Source: Octopus bimaculoides (lineage: Eukaryota). From it: a stretch of 64,000 bases of DNA. A model generated the notes under the pieces. That model worked only from the letters and a program-made list of their open reading frames with translations. It ran no database searches and was not told the DNA's origin. The stretch is taken from contig NC_068989.1 in assembly GCF_001194135.2 (NCBI RefSeq), positions 94,914,541 to 94,978,540 of the forward strand, read 5' to 3'. A program made the translations under genes and the position numbers. Shown piece after piece: positions 12,701 to 27,215 of the stretch; the stretch's first letter is position 1, and the number at the start of each line of letters is the position of its first letter.

Positions 12701-15700
12701 TCACACTTAGTAATTTTTAGAAACTCTGAAAAAACAGTAAAATTATTGAGTGTTAGTGCTACTCAATCTTTTCCCAATAACTTTAAGAATATTGAATCGT
12801 TGGTATCAAATAGGATGCCTTGCGGTATTTGATCCCTTTTGCATTAAGGTGATATACAATTTTCTGTATCAAAAAGGACAACGGAGGGGTATTATTTCAT
12901 GAAATTGGATGGAGTTCGTATTAGAAACATTTGAGTGACTACAAAAGTACAAAAAAAGAAAGAGCTGATACAATAAATTTTATGAATCAAACATCATTGA
13001 TAGTTTTCCTATCGCTGGTTGGTGTGTTCACTTTCCTACACTGTCAGCATTTGTAGAGTTTGCTATATTTTTTTTATATCTGTTTTAAAAAATTATCATA
13101 TTTGTTACATCTGAATGGTGGATAATGAAATGAAACTTAAAAGATAAGAAATGTTATGCTGTTATAAAAAAAATAGTGATAGTATTACAAAATTGAATTT
13201 AATAATTATATTTAAATGCGAGGGTTAAATGATAAGAAAAAAATATTGAGGTTATTAAGAATTTTAAATATTATATTAAAATTAAAATATTTAAATATGC
13301 GTGCAGTTAACATGAATAAAATCAGTGAATGTGATGTACAAAAGTTGGAGGAGGTCGATGTAAAAATGAATGAGGAAACTAATGATGGGTAACTATACAT
13401 ATTTATGACTAGTTTCTGGATTGTATTTGAGCTATGTAACATTAAACTTACGAGTTCGTCTATATGGGAACATGTATTCATACATTTACGCTACTTTCAC
13501 AATCTGTGCCATACTAAAGTATGCCTGTTTCATGAAACCATTCAGTCTTTTATGTGAGGGTAGGGTTATAAGAGTACAAGCATACGAGTGCTTGAGCATA
13601 TACGTGCGTAGTGCGATTCAGGAATTTTCTAAGGAGGTTGTATGTAATTATTATGTTGAATGGGTTGCAGTTGATATGTTGAGTAGAGCGAGTATTATTG
13701 GTCCCGCTAAACTGTAGGAATAAAGTATTTATGATTTTTGACATTTTACACTAAAAACATGGAACGTCCTTAGTCTGTTGGTGATGCACCTCTTTACTGT
13801 ATGCTATCGATTTTTCCAATAAAAGAAGTTTGTCTTTACTATCGTAAATATTCCAGAACCTGTGGGTGTGCTGGTTATATCCGGCTTTGAACGGGTTTTA
13901 AGTAAGTTCTGTATATATTCCCGTTTATATTGATAGTTTTGCTTCTCTTTTATGTATTGTTTCTTTTTCAAGGCATTTGCAATCAAACAGGCAATTAATT
14001 GAGGCAATTGTATTTTCTGTTCAGTTGGGTGTACATAGATATGATTAGTTGATTTTTATATGGTTATTTTAGAAAACAAGTATTTGAGCAAAGCTGTATA
14101 TGGTCGAGTATTAAATCTGAACCATATTCCTGAAGAGAAAATTTTAATTTAACGAGCTGGTGGAAAAGCTTGACTGGGGTGCAGAAAAACAATTAATTAT
14201 AGTTGTTCCAACTTTATTAAGAGGGAATTGTAGCAAATTATATCATTTCTTCCTGTTGCCGTTACATATCTTTTTTAATAAGTTTCATACTATGAGCCAC
14301 CATACAGATAAAGTACATATGCTAAAGAATTTTAAAATTTACAAACTCTGCAATGCTGACAACGAAGGAAAGTTTAACAAAAGGATATAATTTAGAAGAT
14401 ATTATTGTACCACCCACTTCTATTCGTTTATTCGCTATTTTTTTTTATCATGTATTTTCCTAACACTTTGCTACCTTTTCTATTCGTTGTGTAATCCTTC
14501 AACGTTCATAATGAGGACGCCTCCCATCGCAATCGAATGAAATAACTACTTCTCAGTTGTTGAGTTTTTTCTCGCAGAAACTTGTTTTAAGAATGAGAAA
14601 ATGTTTACGGTACGCATATCTTCCGGTTTTCAGAAAACTCACACGTAGCATATAGGTATATGCCTCGTATAAAGATATAACCATATGTACAAGATATTGT
14701 GATCGTCCTTCTATCGATTCCTTGTGAGCCCATTTCTCATATATATTGATCATATATAAGATCCAGTAATATATTGTGTATGGGTCTCATAACATGCTAA
14801 AATATCAGTCAGATCCCTCAAAATACATTCTGCCGTCTTTAAAAATAAATCTTGGATAATAGTCGAAAACGCGTGTATCCTCATACAGGGCGGATCAGAA
14901 ACTCAGTCGGGATTTTCTCGCATTTTATGGCTAACAAACAAGTTGAATTTAGTACAATTTTTTTTTTTTTGTAAAAGCCTAGTAAATATAGCTACAGGTG
15001 ATGGGTGTTTATAGTATAAACTTCGTCAGTTGTTTGAGTAAACTCTCCCGAATGTTACAGTATCAGAAGGAAAAAAGAACATATAAGATTCTGGTTTACT
15101 CTTTATATTAGCAACTTTGAAACCCAAATTGGTTTGGGCTTCAAAGAAGTTAATTGTCACCAGTGAGATTATTGAGTTGTATTTTGTGAGAGAAATTCTA
15201 GTGTCAGCTTATGATAACAGTGACGACTATTATAATATGTTACTAGTTGGCATCAACTACTTCAGAAGAAAGAATGAAGCAGATGAATATCATACATTTA
15301 AATTGATTAGAAGTGATGTTACAAAAAATAAATTTATTAAAATCACAGTCGACGACATCGGAAAGAGCATCGCAACCATTTGATTATGTCTTCACGTTTG
15401 GAAGTAATAATGAGCATTGAAAAGTCAGACAGTTTTACCATATAATTTGATTAGATACAGTATACTTTGTTCATAAGATAAATGTTTCCAGTCGGACAGA
15501 ATAAAATTACTAAATGTGTGTTTGTTCTACTGTCCCAAACACACGTAAGGTGATATGTTTCATTTCACGGAAATGGCGTGGTTTGGTGTCAGATCGTCGC
15601 ATTGATTGATTTGTTTAACTGCAGCAAAAGAATAGTTTGCAAGCCTGTTGTTTGTTTGAATTATTCAGGAGCTTATATAAAATCGGCAAGGTGTTGAGAG

Positions 15701-18163
15701 CGATTATCGATCATTCCTTGCCATGTTACTCAGCTATCTTTATTGACACAATAGTATCTGCATCTATAGACAAACTGTTACTGAATTTAGTTACTATTGC
15801 AACAAGTCACATGATGTAGCTGTAAATTCCGAGTGCGCCAAACTGGCAGTCAGACCGTCTTCAAAATCTATAAAATTCATTTCACATTTTCTATTATACG
15901 TCACACCAAACTTAGTAAAAGGTGATCTGCCCAAAAATGAGGACGCACATATCTATCCATAACACTTTCTGGCAGATATGAATGAAGGTATGCTAATCGC
16001 CATTTTGACTCAGAACAACTTAACCCTTTATATGATAAGAGATGACAACACAATTGATTCAGAAACTTTGGCAACGTTTGTGACACAAGTATTTCAGCCT
16101 CATTGTTTGCCTTTGGTCTACTCCCGGATGTCTGAATCTATACAAGACCTGTGGCTCTTGTCAATAGAATTCAGCAAGGAAATTATTTATCAGTGCGTGA
16201 TGGTGTCTGACAGGTTTATAAATTATTATAGCCACGTAAAACAGCGAGAAACCAAACTATCATATATATATTCATTTTTAACATTTTCCATCAAATTTCA
16301 ACATGAATATGTTAACTAATGTTGTAATACACCCACGGAGGACGCCTCCATTCAGACAATGTGTATTGATAACGCACACTCGATTCGTTGGTTTTAACGA
16401 TATTTAAAATATTGTTAAAACTATTTTAGTTGGCGATGTAAATAAACTGCTTTGACTTCTTCTCTGAGCCCAGAAGGTTTGCAAAGCCATGAGAACAGAT
16501 CATTTCTTTCAGAGGCACCAGTGAAATGACTTTAATCCAGTAACACAAGTCAACAAAACACACTCGTCAACGACACAATGATTTAAATGAGTAAAGTGTT
16601 TCATGTGACTACTATTAAGGACATCATTGACCAGCTTAAAAAGTTTTTGACATGATCAAATGGAGTATAATTCAAACAGAAAACACAAGCTGAAAAGTGA
16701 ACAGACATTCTTCACATTTATCAGCAACTCTCAAAAACTAACGTAGAAAACAAACAATCTGTTCCGTCGTAAAGACCTGTGAAAAGGAGCTGTTATCAAT
16801 TTCACAATTAACTTTTATATTGATCACAAATATATAACAGGGCAAAGTGCATGTTAACGAATTACATGCCATTTAACATTAGTATGAATTATTCAAACAG
16901 TAAAATCAATTACTAATCTTCTGCAGTTTCATCAGTGACGAAGTTTGATGCATTAGTACAAAGGAAATTAACCAGATTTTATATCAACATCCAAGATTAC
17001 ATCTGAGATTTTTAAGCATTCGAGTTTCTTCGGTGCTGACCTATTGGCTGGAAGGTCAGAGTATCTTATCGGACAGCGAGTCTCAATACATTCATCATTT
17101 GCATTGACAGTAACTTTTCAATTTTCAAATATTGCATATTTTTTCTTTTATCATCCGAACTAGTTTAGATTTCGACAGAATATGATTCTAGTGTTAGATA
17201 CACCAAATGAAAAGAAAATATTTAAATCTTTAAAGTTGCTCCTATCACCTAATGAATTATAAGACTCTGGCAGGAACTAAATGAAAAACAAAGTAATATA
17301 ATGCATAATCCAGCATTCTATCATTTTAATCTATTTTTCATGCCAAGGGTATTTTCGATTTATCGGGTTTTAGTATTTAAAAACCGAGAACGAAAATGAA
17401 TTTCATTCTCCTTTTTCGAATAATCAAAAACTCCTGTTTGAAATCTACGATTCTCAAGCTTGAAGAGGGAAAAGGCATTTTCACATATTAAATGTTTTCT
17501 TTGGTAACAATTTCTTCTTATTATAATTAGCAGTTTGAAAATCAGTTGCCATATGACAGCAGCAATTTCCTTAGCATTTTCGGCAAGTTGGAAACATAAC
17601 ATTTTGTCTTTGAAGAGATTTTCCAGTCAGTTGTTTGTTCTAGGCACAAACCTTTGCTTGAAATTTCAAGAGATTCTGTCGTACATTTTTCTCTTACAGA
17701 CTTCATCTAATGTCCAGTTTGAAAATACTACCTGCACCTGGCTGGCTTTAGTAAAATCACTTCCTTAGTGAACAGTCGAACAGTCTCTGTGGTTGGCAAC
17801 ATACACTTTTTCTCCCACCTGTCACAGCAGCTCTCCCAACAGGTCCGAGATGCGCCATTCTTCCTTCCACTTAATCATAAAAAAGAAGGAAAAATATAAT
17901 TAACCAACGTCTTAACGAAGATAGTATAAAAATTCACGAAGCTTGATTACTTTGATATTAATCAGCCAATTTGTATCTTTATTAAAGATAATGCGTATCT
18001 ATTATATTTGCACCCCTCTACATCTCACCTACTTTCTGTAATCGTTTATTCATCAAATTGTAACTATGTACGTCAATCAAATCTTTCTGTCTCATTTCAT
18101 TCAATCTAAAAAAACATCCTAATTCAACGTCTTTATTTAATGAAGTCTACTGATATACTATCG

Positions 18164-18215
<52 letters not shown>

Positions 18216-18310
18216 NNNNNNNNNNNNNNNNNNNNNNNNNNNNNNNNNNNNNNNNNNNNNNNNNNNNNNNNNNNNNNNNNNNNNNNNNNNNNNNNNNNNN
18301 NNNNNNNNNN

Positions 18311-18345
<35 letters not shown>

Positions 18346-20230
18346 TGCCTAATGTCGCGCTTCTCAAATTTACTGCTATAAACTATATTAGCGCGACATG
18401 GTTGAGCCAATGGTAAACGTCTACCAGGCAGTTCGACTTGCGTGAAACAACAGGCGAAACTCCTTTAAATCCATCCTACCTCTTCCAAATCAGAAAGGTT
18501 TCAATGAATAATATATTCCCCTATACATTATGACGGACATAAAGTAAAATTTAAGCATTAATTTATTCAATAAATGTTGAGCTGAATTTAAACAACAACG
18601 ACTTAGAAGAGAAGCGGTTTTGTAATATAACGATCGTCTGCAAACGTCATCGAAAATATTATGTTTTCAATATTGCGAAACTGCGAAATTTTTTTAATTC
18701 CTAATTAAAACCTTCTAAAATTGATGAATGATTATTATAAGAGAATAGCAGTTCTAATTGAAACATAAAACTTATATTTGTTTAACAGAGTACTAGGGCT
18801 TACTTGTTTCAGCAAGTATTCAACGGCAATTGAGTATTACAAAAGGAAATTAAGTCCTGCATTGCTGGCTCTCTTAGCAACCCTTACATCCGATTGCCTA
18901 CGTCAATCGTACGTACTAGTCACATCTTTTTCTCTGAACTAAGGAGAGCTACGCGTGAGATAAATGTGAGGGCCACGCAAATAAGCTTAAATTAATCCTA
19001 AGAACTGCTTTTGCACATTCTCACAATTCAGGGTCATTTCAATATGCATTTAGTTTTACAAGATGATTAGGCTTAACACGGGCCTTTTGGCCTGCTTGGA
19101 ATTAGGATCGAACCGACTGATCTTATTATTATTTAATTTATGAGGGGCAGCATACCAAGTTTCTAAAGTGGACCAAATATGATCTACAAATATAAAACAG
19201 CTTACTATTTAGTGTTACTTACATTTCTTTGATTCGTAGTCCGACCAGTCGGATTGAAACTCATATTTTTTCACTTCCTTTTCCTAAGTTGGTTCTTTTA
19301 ATATTCGACTGTTTATTGCTCTACGCTCAACAGTTTTCTTTTCAATACTACGTTACTTTGCAGCTTTTTGTAATAATTTCAGCAAATATTACTTACTGTT
19401 AGCTATTATAAGCTAGCCTCCCTCTCCAGTCACTTACAAGTTCTACAAATTTAGAAGGAATTCCTCAAACTAAGATCCTTCGATGAAAAGTAATTTACAA
19501 AATGAAAATAACTTCTTTCTGCATCTCAACTTTATTTGCAATAGGTATCAGACTACCTTCAAGGGCTTTGGTATTATTAGGTTTCGCATCGTTGAACAAA
19601 TAGATTATTTGCATACCTCTTTGATAAATGAAAGATGTTATTTATAAACGGCAAATCATAAATCTGCATTAAAGGAATCCCTTTAACAGAAGTTCAGTGA
19701 TTCCATCAGCTTAATCTGCTCCGTTTATCGACATTTTCATTTGATAACGTAATATTTGAATATAAGGAAGAAAATAAGCGTGAATCATATGAACACAGAT
19801 ATGTATGTATATACATACAGTACCGAACATTTATTCGTTGCTCATATACACACACCTAACACATATTCCTATCCTCCTCTGATGAACGCAATGCTTCCAC
19901 AAATAATTGTAAAAGGAACAATCGTCAAAGAAGATATTTAATGACGGAGCAGTTATTAACTTCCGCAATCTGGAATCATAAATATGGTCAGGTCACATCG
20001 TTATAACCCTATAGATTTAAATGTTAGACGAAGCTTTATACTCAGTTGTACATGACAGCAGATGATATGCGACTCACATCATAGCACTGTGACCATTGTA
20101 AAATATTTAGTTTAAATATTACCACCATCACACATTGTCTGCATCCTTCAAGCAAACGGAACAGGTTCAAATGAGAGCTACATACACCATTTCTTGCTCA
20201 TATATAGAATAAATGTGCACACACGCACAC

Positions 20231-20291
<61 letters not shown>

Positions 20292-20415
20292 ATGATGAGG
20301 GTGATAAATTGAATATTAATTAGATTAATATCAATTTAAAAGCAGTGGCCTAACATATAGAACAATCTGAGAATGCAGAAAAATTATATTACTTACGTAT
20401 AAGAAGGGATGACCA

Positions 20416-20571
20416 CTAAGTGGACATCCATTATGCTAGAAATAGATCGCCTATGATCTGACCACAAGGAAAAGATTGTTCTGGTGTTTGCTGAATTTTT
20501 CTTGAGAACAATCTTTTCCTTGTGGTCAGATTATAGGTGAACTATTTCTAGCATAATGGATGCCCACTTAG
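20416..20571. repeat. Inverted repeat with 67-bp arms and 22-nt spacer
   Basis: 20416-20482 versus the reverse complement of 20505-20571: 63/67 identical. Confidence 0.95.
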
Positions 20572-20710
20572 CGTTATTTCGCCCGTCGCTACGATCTGAG
20601 TTCAAATTCCGGAGAGGTCGGCCTTGCGTCCTTTCGGACGTTGAGTATTAGGATCGATGAGATCGACCTGTACCCTTCCTCAAACTCTGGTCATGTGTCA
20701 AAATCCGAGA
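20567..20710 (+). mobile_element. SINE family B, 5'-truncated
   Basis: B-box-like GAGTTCAAATTCC, then GAGGTCGGCCTTG...TCGATGAGATCGAC, followed by (ATT)n. Confidence 0.7.
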
Positions 20711-20711
20711 C

Positions 20712-20855
<144 letters not shown>

Positions 20856-21479
20856 CATCAAAAAGAAATCATTATTATTATTATTATGTCGTCCATCATT
20901 AGTTATGCATACATTTCTGCTGATTTTCACAAAAAGTTTCCTTTAAATGTGTTTAGCTGTTCGACGTATACATCGTAAATCACATTTATGTTTATCTACA
21001 TGATTTTATGTGCGTGCTGACGAGTGATGTATTGACTCTGTACGAAAATATTTTTACCCTCGAAATAAAATATTTTTCATGTCGAATCTCTTAAGTATTT
21101 TACGTATTAACCTCAACACCAAACATCGTTATTTTAGCTTGGACGTTGTTCAATTTAATGTGAGATACAAATGTTAGATCATTTTGTAGAGATTTCACAA
21201 AAATTCATTTAATCAGTGTGTGCACGTAACTTCCAAAAAGTATGCGTACATATAAACCCTGGTATAGCAGTTGAGAAGTTTGTTTTGCAACTAAGTGGTT
21301 TCGGGTTCCTTCCCACGGCACGTCACATTGAGCAACTGCTTAGTGGGTATATTCTCCACACTATACAGTTCCTATCTGCACATGGGGTTCTTTCGCAGGG
21401 GTATGTTTTAGAGATCAGGAATTTTGTCCCTCGAGCATCCTGCCATCGCGTCCCTCACTTCCGCCGCCACGATGGCACC

Positions 21480-21722
21480 TTCGCAGCACGTGTAACAAGT
21501 GGCAGAGCACTCCATAGACACGCGTCCCTTAATGAAGTCCTCAAGGAGAGTCAACGTGATATAAAATGTGACAAGGCTGGCCCTTTGAATTACAGGTATA
21601 ACTCATGTTTGTCAGCGGGGTGGACTGGAGTTACATGAAATGAAGTGTCTTGCTCAAGGATACAACGCGATGCCAGGAATCGAATTCACGTGGGCCGAAT
21701 ATCCTGATCACCAAGCCACGTG
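21480..21722 (-). mobile_element. tRNA-derived SINE, family C
   Basis: GTGACAAGGCTGGCCCTTTG...GTGGACTGGAG...AAGTGTCTTGCTCAAGG...CCAAGCCACG; same family as 43740-44038. Confidence 0.75.
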
Positions 21723-23173
21723 TCTAAACGTGTGTTTAATACGTTCATTGATACACACACACAGACACAGACACACACACACACACACACACACACACGT
21801 ATTGAAATAATGTGGGTAATTCATCAAACAATACGGGTTAGATTGTTTGAGTAAGTCTGGTCTGTTTCGGAAATGTTTTAGTTACACGTTTGGTAAATGA
21901 CGTTGGAAAGTTCTTTAAATCGATGAGTATTGAAAGAGAAGTGAAGCTTGTTTTCTGTTGAAAGGTTAGACAAGTAAACATCAATAATAAATTTGATGAA
22001 TTCTTCCAGTTGCCTTTCAGTCTTGCCACAAAATATGGCTGGTGTAGAAAATAACGTTTGTACTTGGTAATAACGATAGCCGTATGTGTAACTCTAAATA
22101 CTTGTGAAATCGATTCACAGGATGAGTTAATGTATATCCATATGGAAACGAATGATCACCGCCACTTATCACTGGCAACTGTAAGCAATATACATCGGAT
22201 GCAGGTTCTCTGTGCCACGAGTAACAATTGGCATAGTTACTTCAGTCAAGGAAACTGCAAGTGTTCTACGCCTACCAGAATTATAAAGTTATCTAGGTGA
22301 ATGTGGATAAATCCGTATATGAAGACAATAGGAGTACAGCGTTTCAAGACTGGAACTCCTTCAGAGAAAAAAGTTCAATTTTTTTATTACATTTATGCGA
22401 GTAATTGTCTTGCAAAAGCATTAACTTAGTAATTTTCTTACCCTACCGTATAAATTTTAGTCTTCAAGTATTAGTGAAAGTGGGAAAGAGATCAATATTT
22501 ATGATTGTCTATTTGATGACCCTATATTTGTAATTTCATCACAAGCTAGATCCGACAAGCCACCAATTTCGCAAGTATGATTGATAACTATGTAAAATAG
22601 AAAAGAAAAGTTACCTCTAATATCAAGAAATTATTACAATACAGTTCGATGTAATTTAATTGCTGAACGTTTGTTAAATTGGAAGTCGAATTGTTTTTCT
22701 TTCGTTCTTTATGTATTTGTTAATGTTAATAATAAATGTCTTCAGATAAAGAAAGCTTCCGTCAGATATGCGTTTCCTTTATAAATGGGAATGAATAGGA
22801 ATACTTCCAGTGGTAAAACGGCAGTCAGCAGCTTCTTTTGCCGCTCATATTTTTCTATAAAGTACTTGCTTCTAGGGCCTTCATTTACATCATTCATCGG
22901 GTCAATGCCGCGTACTTAAATTTCCCCATGTGGCAAGAAACCTTCAGTTTATACAAATGTATATACATGGTTGAAATAAATACAGAAGCTGTTCTACATT
23001 TATAGTGAAGTGAAAAGAGGAGGCAGGGAAATGTGAGAGAGAGGGGGAACGAAGAGTGGAATGAATGAGCGTGAAAGACCTGATAGAAAGAAAGTATAGA
23101 GTCGTAACAAGATTTAGATAAATATATACTTACATATAAGAGACCAACGTGTACGTACGCCGCTATATATATA

Positions 23174-23418
23174 CTCTTTTACTCTTTTACTTGTTTCAGT
23201 CATTTGACTGCGGCCATGCTGGAACACGGCTTTAAGTCGAGCAAATCGACCCCAGGACTTATTCTTTGTAAGGACTTATTCTATCGGTCCCTTTTTTGCC
23301 GAACTGCTAAGTTACGAGGACGTAAACACACCAGCATCGGTTGTCAATGTAGTGGGCCTGAACTCGGAACCATGTGGTTGGTAAGCAAGCTACTTACCAC
23401 ACAGCCACTCCTACGCCT
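23174..23418 (-). mobile_element. SINE family A with internal deletion
   Basis: TACTCTTTTACTTGTTTCAGTCATTTGACTGCGGCCATGCTGG tail is joined directly to the head CTGAACTCGGAACCATGTGGTTGGTAAGCAAGCTACTTACCACACAGCCACTCCTACGCC. Confidence 0.85.
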
Positions 23419-23473
23419 ATATATATATAAAATATAAAATGGGACAACACAAAACATCCAGCCAGTTAGGTGA

Positions 23474-23612
23474 TACAAAAAAGGGACAACAAAACATCCA
23501 GTTAGACGATACAAAGAAAACAAGGAGGGGTCATTCGGAGTTTTCTTTCCTCAGTCGAGTTCCTTGTTTTCTTTGTATCGTCTGTCTGGATGTTTTGTTG
23601 TCTCCTTTTTGT

Positions 23613-23613
<1 letters not shown>
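23474..23613. repeat. Inverted repeat with 53-bp arms and 34-nt spacer
   Basis: 23474-23526 versus the reverse complement of 23561-23613: 49/53 identical. Confidence 0.95.
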
Positions 23614-23673
<60 letters not shown>

Positions 23674-26439
23674 TACAAGAAATATAAATATTAAAAATAT
23701 TACTATCCAGCAAGAATAAAACACCATAAAGTGAAGCTCTACATAGCTTACCGGCTGCTATTTCTAGCAATGATCGTACTTCGTGTACATCCGCTTTGTA
23801 TATATATAAACATAATTCGAACTTTGAAATGGAAACAGCTGAATGGCAAATATTTCATCAATATGGCATACATAATGCATGTGTGGAGCTGGAAAGTGGG
23901 GAACTGCGGTGTCCATCCAGGACAAATCCCTTCATAAATGAATTGTGTTAAAAACAAAAGCACGATACACTTCAGAGCCGAAATGACCGCGAGAACAACA
24001 GATACGTATTTAGCCGAAATTGAATCACCTATTTTGAAGTATATAGAGATATAGACAGATATATACATATATAAATATAATATTGCATGTATGTATATGT
24101 ATGTGAGAGAGATGCAGACAAACAGACTGACTGATAGTGCTGTACACAATACATATATGTACAGACATATATGCATATATACTCATAGATACATAATGTA
24201 TATATATATATGGCATTATGTATGCCATATATATATGTGTGTATATGTGTGTATGCGTGTGTGTGCGAACCCGCGCACAAACATGTATATATTTACATGC
24301 ATACGCGTGCATGTGTTATGCGTCCAAGCAACGAATGAGAATATACAATGGTAATGGTAACGATAAATCTAACGAAGCGAAATGATGGCATTTGCACTTA
24401 GTGCAGTCTCTTCTCAGCTGTCATATTGATGCAACACGCCGCGCTGTCATGCTGACATCTGATGTACGAAACAGCTTTTCCTCTCACCTAACTTTTGGAT
24501 CATTTTTTAGGAATATCTCGTCTCTCTGGTGTCTTTTCGCTTATTCTTAGCTACATTTCTCTTACTTTTCTTCTTATGTCTCTGTCTAGAAACGCACCAA
24601 AATAAATGATTTATCTTTCCAAACTTTTATTATTCTTTTTTTTTCCCTCCCTCTTTCTTTCTCTGTCGGAAACATTTTGGAATATTTACAATATTACCCT
24701 CTAATATTTGTCGGTTTGTCATTCCTTTTTATGTCTCCGACTTGCTTTAGGTTTTTCTCTCAGCCTGTATCTCTCTTCTTTTATTTCATGTATTTCAAGG
24801 TAGCTTTTTATCTTCCTTTTTCCTTTTGAATTCCTCTCGATTCCCTATCTTTTTATCCTCTGTCAGCTTGGATTTTGGAAAGCCATACAGGGGCTTTTAG
24901 TGGAAAGTTAGTCTTAAATAGCAGTAAAACATCCATTTCTGAATTATTTTATCTCAAACATCTCAGCTCAATCGCGTAGGGCTTCATGTGTGTAATGCCT
25001 TCAGTTAAAGAATTTCGACTAAATGAGATTATCTGTGCAATCAGCCGACAATACGTCCTAAGGATATTTTAAATCTAAAATACGTTGAACAAGGGAGCTA
25101 ACACCAGTATGATAATTGAAAGTTTTGGAAAATACAGAAAGGCTGTGTAGGAGTGGATCTCATTAAATCCAACTAGTAAGAACAAGGGACATGTTTCAGT
25201 CTTATTGGATTTCTACAACGATTTCTACACTCGGTTGGCAAAACTAAGGATGATCACTTTATAGAAAGGAATATAAACAATAGAAGTGAAGGAAAACATC
25301 TTCCTATTATTTTAATATCATTTAGTCAGAGGAGAAAGCAAGAACTGCTCATGATATTGTACAATGTCTCCAAGACAAGAAGAAAGCGAAGATGGTATTT
25401 TCAAATCGGAGCCTGGTTCAAAGGCTTTCAACGTTTTGGACTCCCCTAAAGATACCTAAGGTATCAGTCATTGTCCGTCTACTTCCCAGTTAGTCCATGG
25501 CAGGGATTTAGACACAGAACACAAAGGGTTGGGACAAATACCAAAAGGTATTCGATTCGATGTTCTTAGAGTTGCACTAATCCAACTCACAACACAAGGC
25601 AGGAAAAATTGCTGCTTAGCATTTTATCCAATTTTCTAACGGCTCAACCACCTCACCACTTTAATTAATAATGTAATAACCCTTTCTAGTCTGGGTACAA
25701 CGTCTGAAATATTGGCGGATGGAATTATCGTTTATATCCTGAATGCCTATAAGATACAATCTCGTATTTCTCCGTTATATTTCTCAAAAGTATCATCTTT
25801 TATGACAGTGATCAATCCATTTCCTCTACGAACTTAAATTCCAAATCATCCGTCCCTTAAGGTGACAAACCCCTAGAACAGAATCTCCCTAAGTTTTATT
25901 TTCCTAAAAGCAAATATTCAAGACGAAGTAACCCTATTTATACCAAAGTTCATTTTAATATTTTGTTTGTTAAGCTTTATGTAGAAATTCAAAAAGAAAC
26001 TATTTGAATTTTATTTCTATTGTGTTTCATATTGTTCTTTTTTTCATATATATATATCAGCTTTCACCCCACGAAGACATGTGACCTAGCCTTCAATTAT
26101 TAACTATGAAATCAGGTGCAATCGTAATCAATTCTTATAACACTGAATAGTAAAGAGTATTTGATGGAAAAGAGATCATCAATCACGATCAAATTGTAAG
26201 AATGAATTTAAAATACTTCTTTTTTTACCCTTCGCATTGATGTATCAAGACAAGCCTTGTTCACAAAATTGACAACAGATATTGATATTGAGAATGTTAA
26301 TTCACAAAACTAGATAAACACAGTTTCAAACATCTTTTTGTTATTGTTATCGACAGAATATTCCGTGTCGCATAACACATCTACGAACATCTATTTCATT
26401 TCTTAAGTGTGAAAGTTGATATTCATCTGGGTTTATATA

Positions 26440-26614
<175 letters not shown>

Positions 26615-26829
26615 TTCTCAGGAAAGTAGTTATCGGTTTAAATGTGTGTGTATGTAGGATCTTGTGGTTGATGTTAGGTAAAGGAAATGAGGTTCCATAC
26701 ATTTTTTTTTTTTTTCAGAAAGCGAGAACTGAAAATTTACATTTGTCATATAAATTTACTACATTGTTAACAAACATTTCTAAATCTGCTAGAAAGAACA
26801 GCTAAATATCTTACCATTTCACATTCAAC

Positions 26830-26945
26830 CATCGAGTAACAGAAAGGCTGCATTGGATTATGTAGTCCTAGATATATTTATGTCTGAAAGAAAGACAACG
26901 AGATGTCTGCTCGCTCTGGGCTGACCTGCAGCTGAACAACTACTA
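26830..26945 (-). mobile_element. Repeat family D fragment
   Basis: Its reverse complement TCAGACATAAATATATCTAGGACTAC resembles TCAGACAACGTGTATATCTCATATTAC near 4988; GGGCTGACCTG matches the 4900 and 61470 copies. Confidence 0.5.
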
Positions 26946-27004
26946 TAATAAGACGCATCAAGGGCAAATTTAGATTCGATTATAATGGTTGTTGGAATAG
27001 TGAC

Positions 27005-27215
27005 TAATATTGGTTTCAAAATTTGGTACGAGGCCAGCAATTTCAGAGAAGGGGTTAGGTCGATTACATTGCCCAGTACTCAACTGGTACTTATTTTATC
27101 GACCCTGATGATGACAGGCAAAGTCGACCTCGGCAGCATTTGAAAACGTAAACACGAACGAAATGCCGCTTAGCATTTTGACCGGCACAGTAACGACTTG
27201 GCCAACTCACCAACT
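27005..27215 (-). mobile_element. SINE family B
   Basis: CCAGTACTCAACTGGTACTTATTTTATCGACCC...GGCAAAGTCGACCTCGGC...GAAATGCCGCTTAGCATTTTG. Confidence 0.85.

Noticed and set aside
13420-13750. Strand-skewed segment that looked like a NUMT
   Set aside because: I could not recognise any mitochondrial protein or rRNA motif in any frame.
13221-16030. piggyBac-like ends AGGG-TTAA (13221) and TTAA-CCCT (~16020); also ~4152
   Set aside because: The ends face outward and have no matching TIR partner, so the motifs are expected by chance.
19223-19283. Minus-strand EKEVKKYEFQSDWSDYESKK before a GTAAGT donor
   Set aside because: The acceptor is purine-rich and weak, and in-frame stops flank the segment.
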